Assembly (NCBI GenBank): GCA_963801605.1
Contig: CAWDFP010000006.1
Coordinates: 96,001-160,000 of the forward strand
Direction: 5' to 3'
Source: an uncultured candidate division Zixibacteria bacterium
Lineage (GTDB): Bacteria > Zixibacteria > MSB-5A5 > UBA10806
DNA: 64,000 bases
The position numbers and the translations under genes were made by a program. Numbering within the stretch: position 1 is the stretch's first letter; the number at the start of each line of letters is the position of its first letter. The notes below the pieces were generated by a model that saw only the letters and a list, made by a program, of their open reading frames with translations, searched no databases and was not told the DNA's origin. Of the stretch, positions 62,953 to 64,000 are shown one piece after another.

Positions 62953-63456
62953 ATGGATTTTATATTTGATGGTAAGACTTATTCAGTGGACCTGGGACCC
63001 ACAAGTCCCGTTGGCGAGATTAACGGAAAAGTTAATGATAAACCGATCAAAGCCTCGATGACCAGAATCTCCGAACACTGCTTGTTGATTTTTCAAGGTG
63101 AAAAGGTGCAGAAGGTTTATGCGGCATCAAATGGGCAACAGGTTTTTGTACATCTAAACGGCCAGGCAATCGCGCTTGAAAAAATAACCGAGGATCGCAA
63201 GAGTTTCTCAAAAGATGCCCTGGAATATGGCGCTAAAGACCATGTGGCAACCCCGATGCCGGGCAAGGTGGTTAAGATTCTGGTCGCGGTGGGAGATAAA
63301 ATTACGCTCAAGCAGCCGCTGGTGATTGTGGAGTCGATGAAGATGGAGAACGAACTCAAGTCGCCATCTAACGGCACCGTCAAATCAATTCATTTCGCAC
63401 CCGGCGATCTGGTGGGCACCGGACAGCCAATAATCAAGATTGAACCCGAGGAATAA
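62953..63456 (+). CDS. Biotin carboxyl carrier protein
   Basis: TPMPGKV...VESMKMENE biotinylation motif. Confidence 0.92.
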   Translation: MDFIFDGKTYSVDLGPTSPVGEINGKVNDKPIKASMTRISEHCLLIFQGEKVQKVYAASNGQQVFVHLNGQAIALEKITEDRKSFSKDALEYGAKDHVATPMPGKVVKILVAVGDKITLKQPLVIVESMKMENELKSPSNGTVKSIHFAPGDLVGTGQPIIKIEPEE

Positions 63457-63458
63457 TT

Positions 63459-64000
63459 ATGACTGAGATTTTTCGTATCCTGAGTTCGCATCGCTCTATT
63501 CGCAAATTCAAATCAAGCGCGATCCCCGAAGACCTGCTTAATAAAATCATCAATTTTTCCAGGCAAGCGCCAACGACATCCAATCTTCAAGCCTATTCTA
63601 TAATAGTTGTGAGGGATTCGGAGAAGAAAAAAGTTCTGGCTCATCTGGCAGGCGATCAGCCCTGGGTCGAATCCTGCCCGGTTTTTCTGGTGCTCTGTCC
63701 GGACCTCTATCGTCTGCAGCAGGTTTGCAGTTTGCGAGGATATGAGATCAATGATAAATATATCGAGGATTTTATCGTGGCGGTGGTTGACGCCTCATTG
63801 GTGGCACAAAATATCCTGGTGGCAGCGGAGGCCAACGGCCTGGGGGTATGTGTCGTCGGAGGAATTCGCCGCAATCCGGACGAAGTATCGCATTTATTGA
63901 ATCTTCCTAAACGCGTTTTTCCGTTATTGGGAATTTGTCTGGGATATCCCGATCAGGCGGGAGTTGTCAAGCCGCGTCTGCCAAATGACATCATCGTTTT
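63459..64000 (+). CDS. NfsA/Frp-type nitroreductase (partial, runs off the window)
   Basis: HRSIRKF, APTTSNLQAYS, VDASLVAQN, VGGIR, LGYP. Confidence 0.9.
   Translation, partial: MTEIFRILSSHRSIRKFKSSAIPEDLLNKIINFSRQAPTTSNLQAYSIIVVRDSEKKKVLAHLAGDQPWVESCPVFLVLCPDLYRLQQVCSLRGYEINDKYIEDFIVAVVDASLVAQNILVAAEANGLGVCVVGGIRRNPDEVSHLLNLPKRVFPLLGICLGYPDQAGVVKPRLPNDIIV

Noticed and set aside
133..63383. Many antisense and nested ORFs in the ORF track (for example 4111-4809, 45153-45734, 57708-58289)
   Set aside because: They are shadows of well-supported genes on the other strand or frame, with no motifs or RBS.

Overview
Bacterial chromosomal window of moderate GC. The repertoire (secreted proteins ending in NYPNPFN Por-secretion/FlgD-like tails, a dockerin-tailed Cys-rich protein, TrmB, archaeal-type mevalonate genes, an LPS heptosyltransferase) suggests an FCB-group candidate phylum such as Zixibacteria; this is inference only. 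In order: a GNAT-like/Cys-less thiolase/DUF35 operon; DinB; four secreted proteins (three S8 peptidases); GT39-TPR, waaF, murJ, rpsT; ferredoxin plus geranylgeranyl reductase; an H1-tailed SWIB protein; hisS-aspS-phoH-7TM-HD-ybeY-CBS; a sigma-54 activator beside a sigma-54 promoter that appears to drive a degenerate GxxExxY nuclease-fold gene and a 22-aa Lys/Ala microprotein; a PLP-enzyme/DUF1611/PP-loop operon behind a structured leader; a response regulator; a dockerin protein and TrmB; a RAYT-like remnant with dispersed REP-like palindromes; a MacAB-type transporter with an ECF-type promoter; hemW, ribA; ECF sigma/anti-sigma; an LVIVD lipoprotein; and an archaeal-type HMG-CoA synthase-thiolase-DUF35 cluster linked to methylcrotonyl-CoA carboxylase and hydratase genes. 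About 13 genes, including hisS, carry frameshifts that are most likely sequencing or assembly indels. No rRNA, tRNA, CRISPR array or intact mobile element was seen. All calls come from reading motifs by eye; no searches were run.
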